Below are positions 62,851 to 64,000 of a stretch of 64,000 nucleotides of DNA, in pieces. Under the pieces are notes generated by a model. The model searched no databases. It had not been told where the DNA came from and was given only the letters and a program-made list of their open reading frames with translations. Made by a program: the position numbers and the translations under genes. This DNA is from Octopus sinensis (taxonomy: Eukaryota), in assembly GCF_006345805.1 (NCBI RefSeq), contig NC_043006.1, forward strand, positions 33,480,001-33,544,000, in the 5' to 3' direction. The stretch's first letter is position 1, and the number at the start of each line of letters is the position of its first letter.

Positions 62851-63837
62851 CAAATACATACATACACACATAAGTTTTTGTGCAAAACAAATTATAAAAT
62901 AGAACGAGGTTATGTTTACGATAAATCGACTGTTTCAACAATTTGTATTGTTGGATAAAAGCAAACATTTTATATTTTTATCTACACGTTGATTATCTTC
63001 TCATTCTATTTTTGCCGACCCAAGAAAAATATCTCAAGTTTAATAAAAACAATTTGGCAGTGAAAGGGGTTCAGGACTAACAATCTCCATCCACTCCGCT
63101 CTCACTCTCGACTTCAAATACAATGTGGAATTTATAGAAGTTTAAATCCATTTAGGAATTATGTTATTAACTTTATGATTTTCTGCGAAGAGAATTTTTA
63201 CGATGCTAATCCAGTGTGAACGAGATAAAACACGTTCTTTGATAAGCAATTTTCATTGCATATTGACAGATAAAGTATTAAATAAAGAAATTAAGTTAAG
63301 ATTGGGTTCAAATTTCTGATAGCTTTGATACAGAACAAGTAAGACAGAGAGGGGAAAAACTGCAGGTGACAAATCAATAGGAATCTGCCATCTCAACAAA
63401 TGGTTAAAAATAGATGAAACATGCAATCAAGATGTATGAAAAAGTTAAAGCAAAAAGGGTAAAAAGATGTATGAAAAAGTTAAAGCAAAAGGGTAAAAAG
63501 AAAAAAAAAAAAAAAGAAAGAAAAAAGTAATTTTTCGATAGGTTCAGTAGAAGAAAAGGATTGACCAAGGTTTCGAATCGGATTTATCATCTGTATATAA
63601 GAATTTCGTAACCGCACGGACAACCGAGAAACTAGCGGTTTGTATGAAGTTTCGAGCGAGATTGTCAGAACCACTGGAGAGGACAAAATGAATTGAAATC
63701 CTGCCGAGTCAACTTTGCTGTTCGTTTTTGGAAGATTGATAAAATAAAGCACCAGTAAAGTATTAGAGTTGATTTAATATTCTTATAAAATATCCTCGAT
63801 CAAATACGAGGAAAATAACGCAGGAACAGGCCAAGGT

Positions 63838-64000
63838 CAGTGGTTCTCAACCGTTTTAATATCCGGGCCAGTTCAAAAATCTGGACTTTTGTTTTTTGGG
63901 GGCCGTACCAAAAAAATAAAACAAGTCAGCTAAAGAAAAAAATATTATATTTATAAAGGTTAGACCGTCGAGGGCCACCAGAAGGATAATTGAGAGCCGC
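63838..64000. mobile_element. Left end of a probable hAT-type MITE running off the window
   Basis: Begins CAGTGGTTCTCAACC, a typical hAT/Charlie-like terminus; the right end is not visible. Confidence 0.45.

Overview
AT-rich, repeat-dense eukaryotic genomic DNA. The SINE, RTE-tail and microsatellite families resemble octopus or other coleoid cephalopod DNA; this is from recollection and needs a BLAST check. No complete gene is visible and most ORF-track entries are repeat artefacts. The best gene evidence is a phase-compatible pair of minus-strand 3' coding exons (59884-59760 and 59648-59396) whose last exon may encode a CARD-like death fold. An isolated minus-strand exon (37621-37533) sits in a CpG-rich island. 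Mobile DNA includes a decayed full-length mariner, two mariner/Tc1 derivatives with inverted transposase 5' parts, a piggyBac deletion derivative and TTAA MITEs, RTE/CR1 LINE fragments and many SINEs. A 2.1-kb 36-bp minisatellite has A/B/C variant structure. The most interesting signal is two unrelated short elements (5284-5604 and 52595-52944) with inverted outward-facing ends next to (TA)n. Each carries a type I hammerhead ribozyme fold with a palindromic stem III, as in Penelope-like elements and retrozymes. The second has a compensatory A3-U8 core in place of C3-G8. Boundaries of decayed repeats are approximate.
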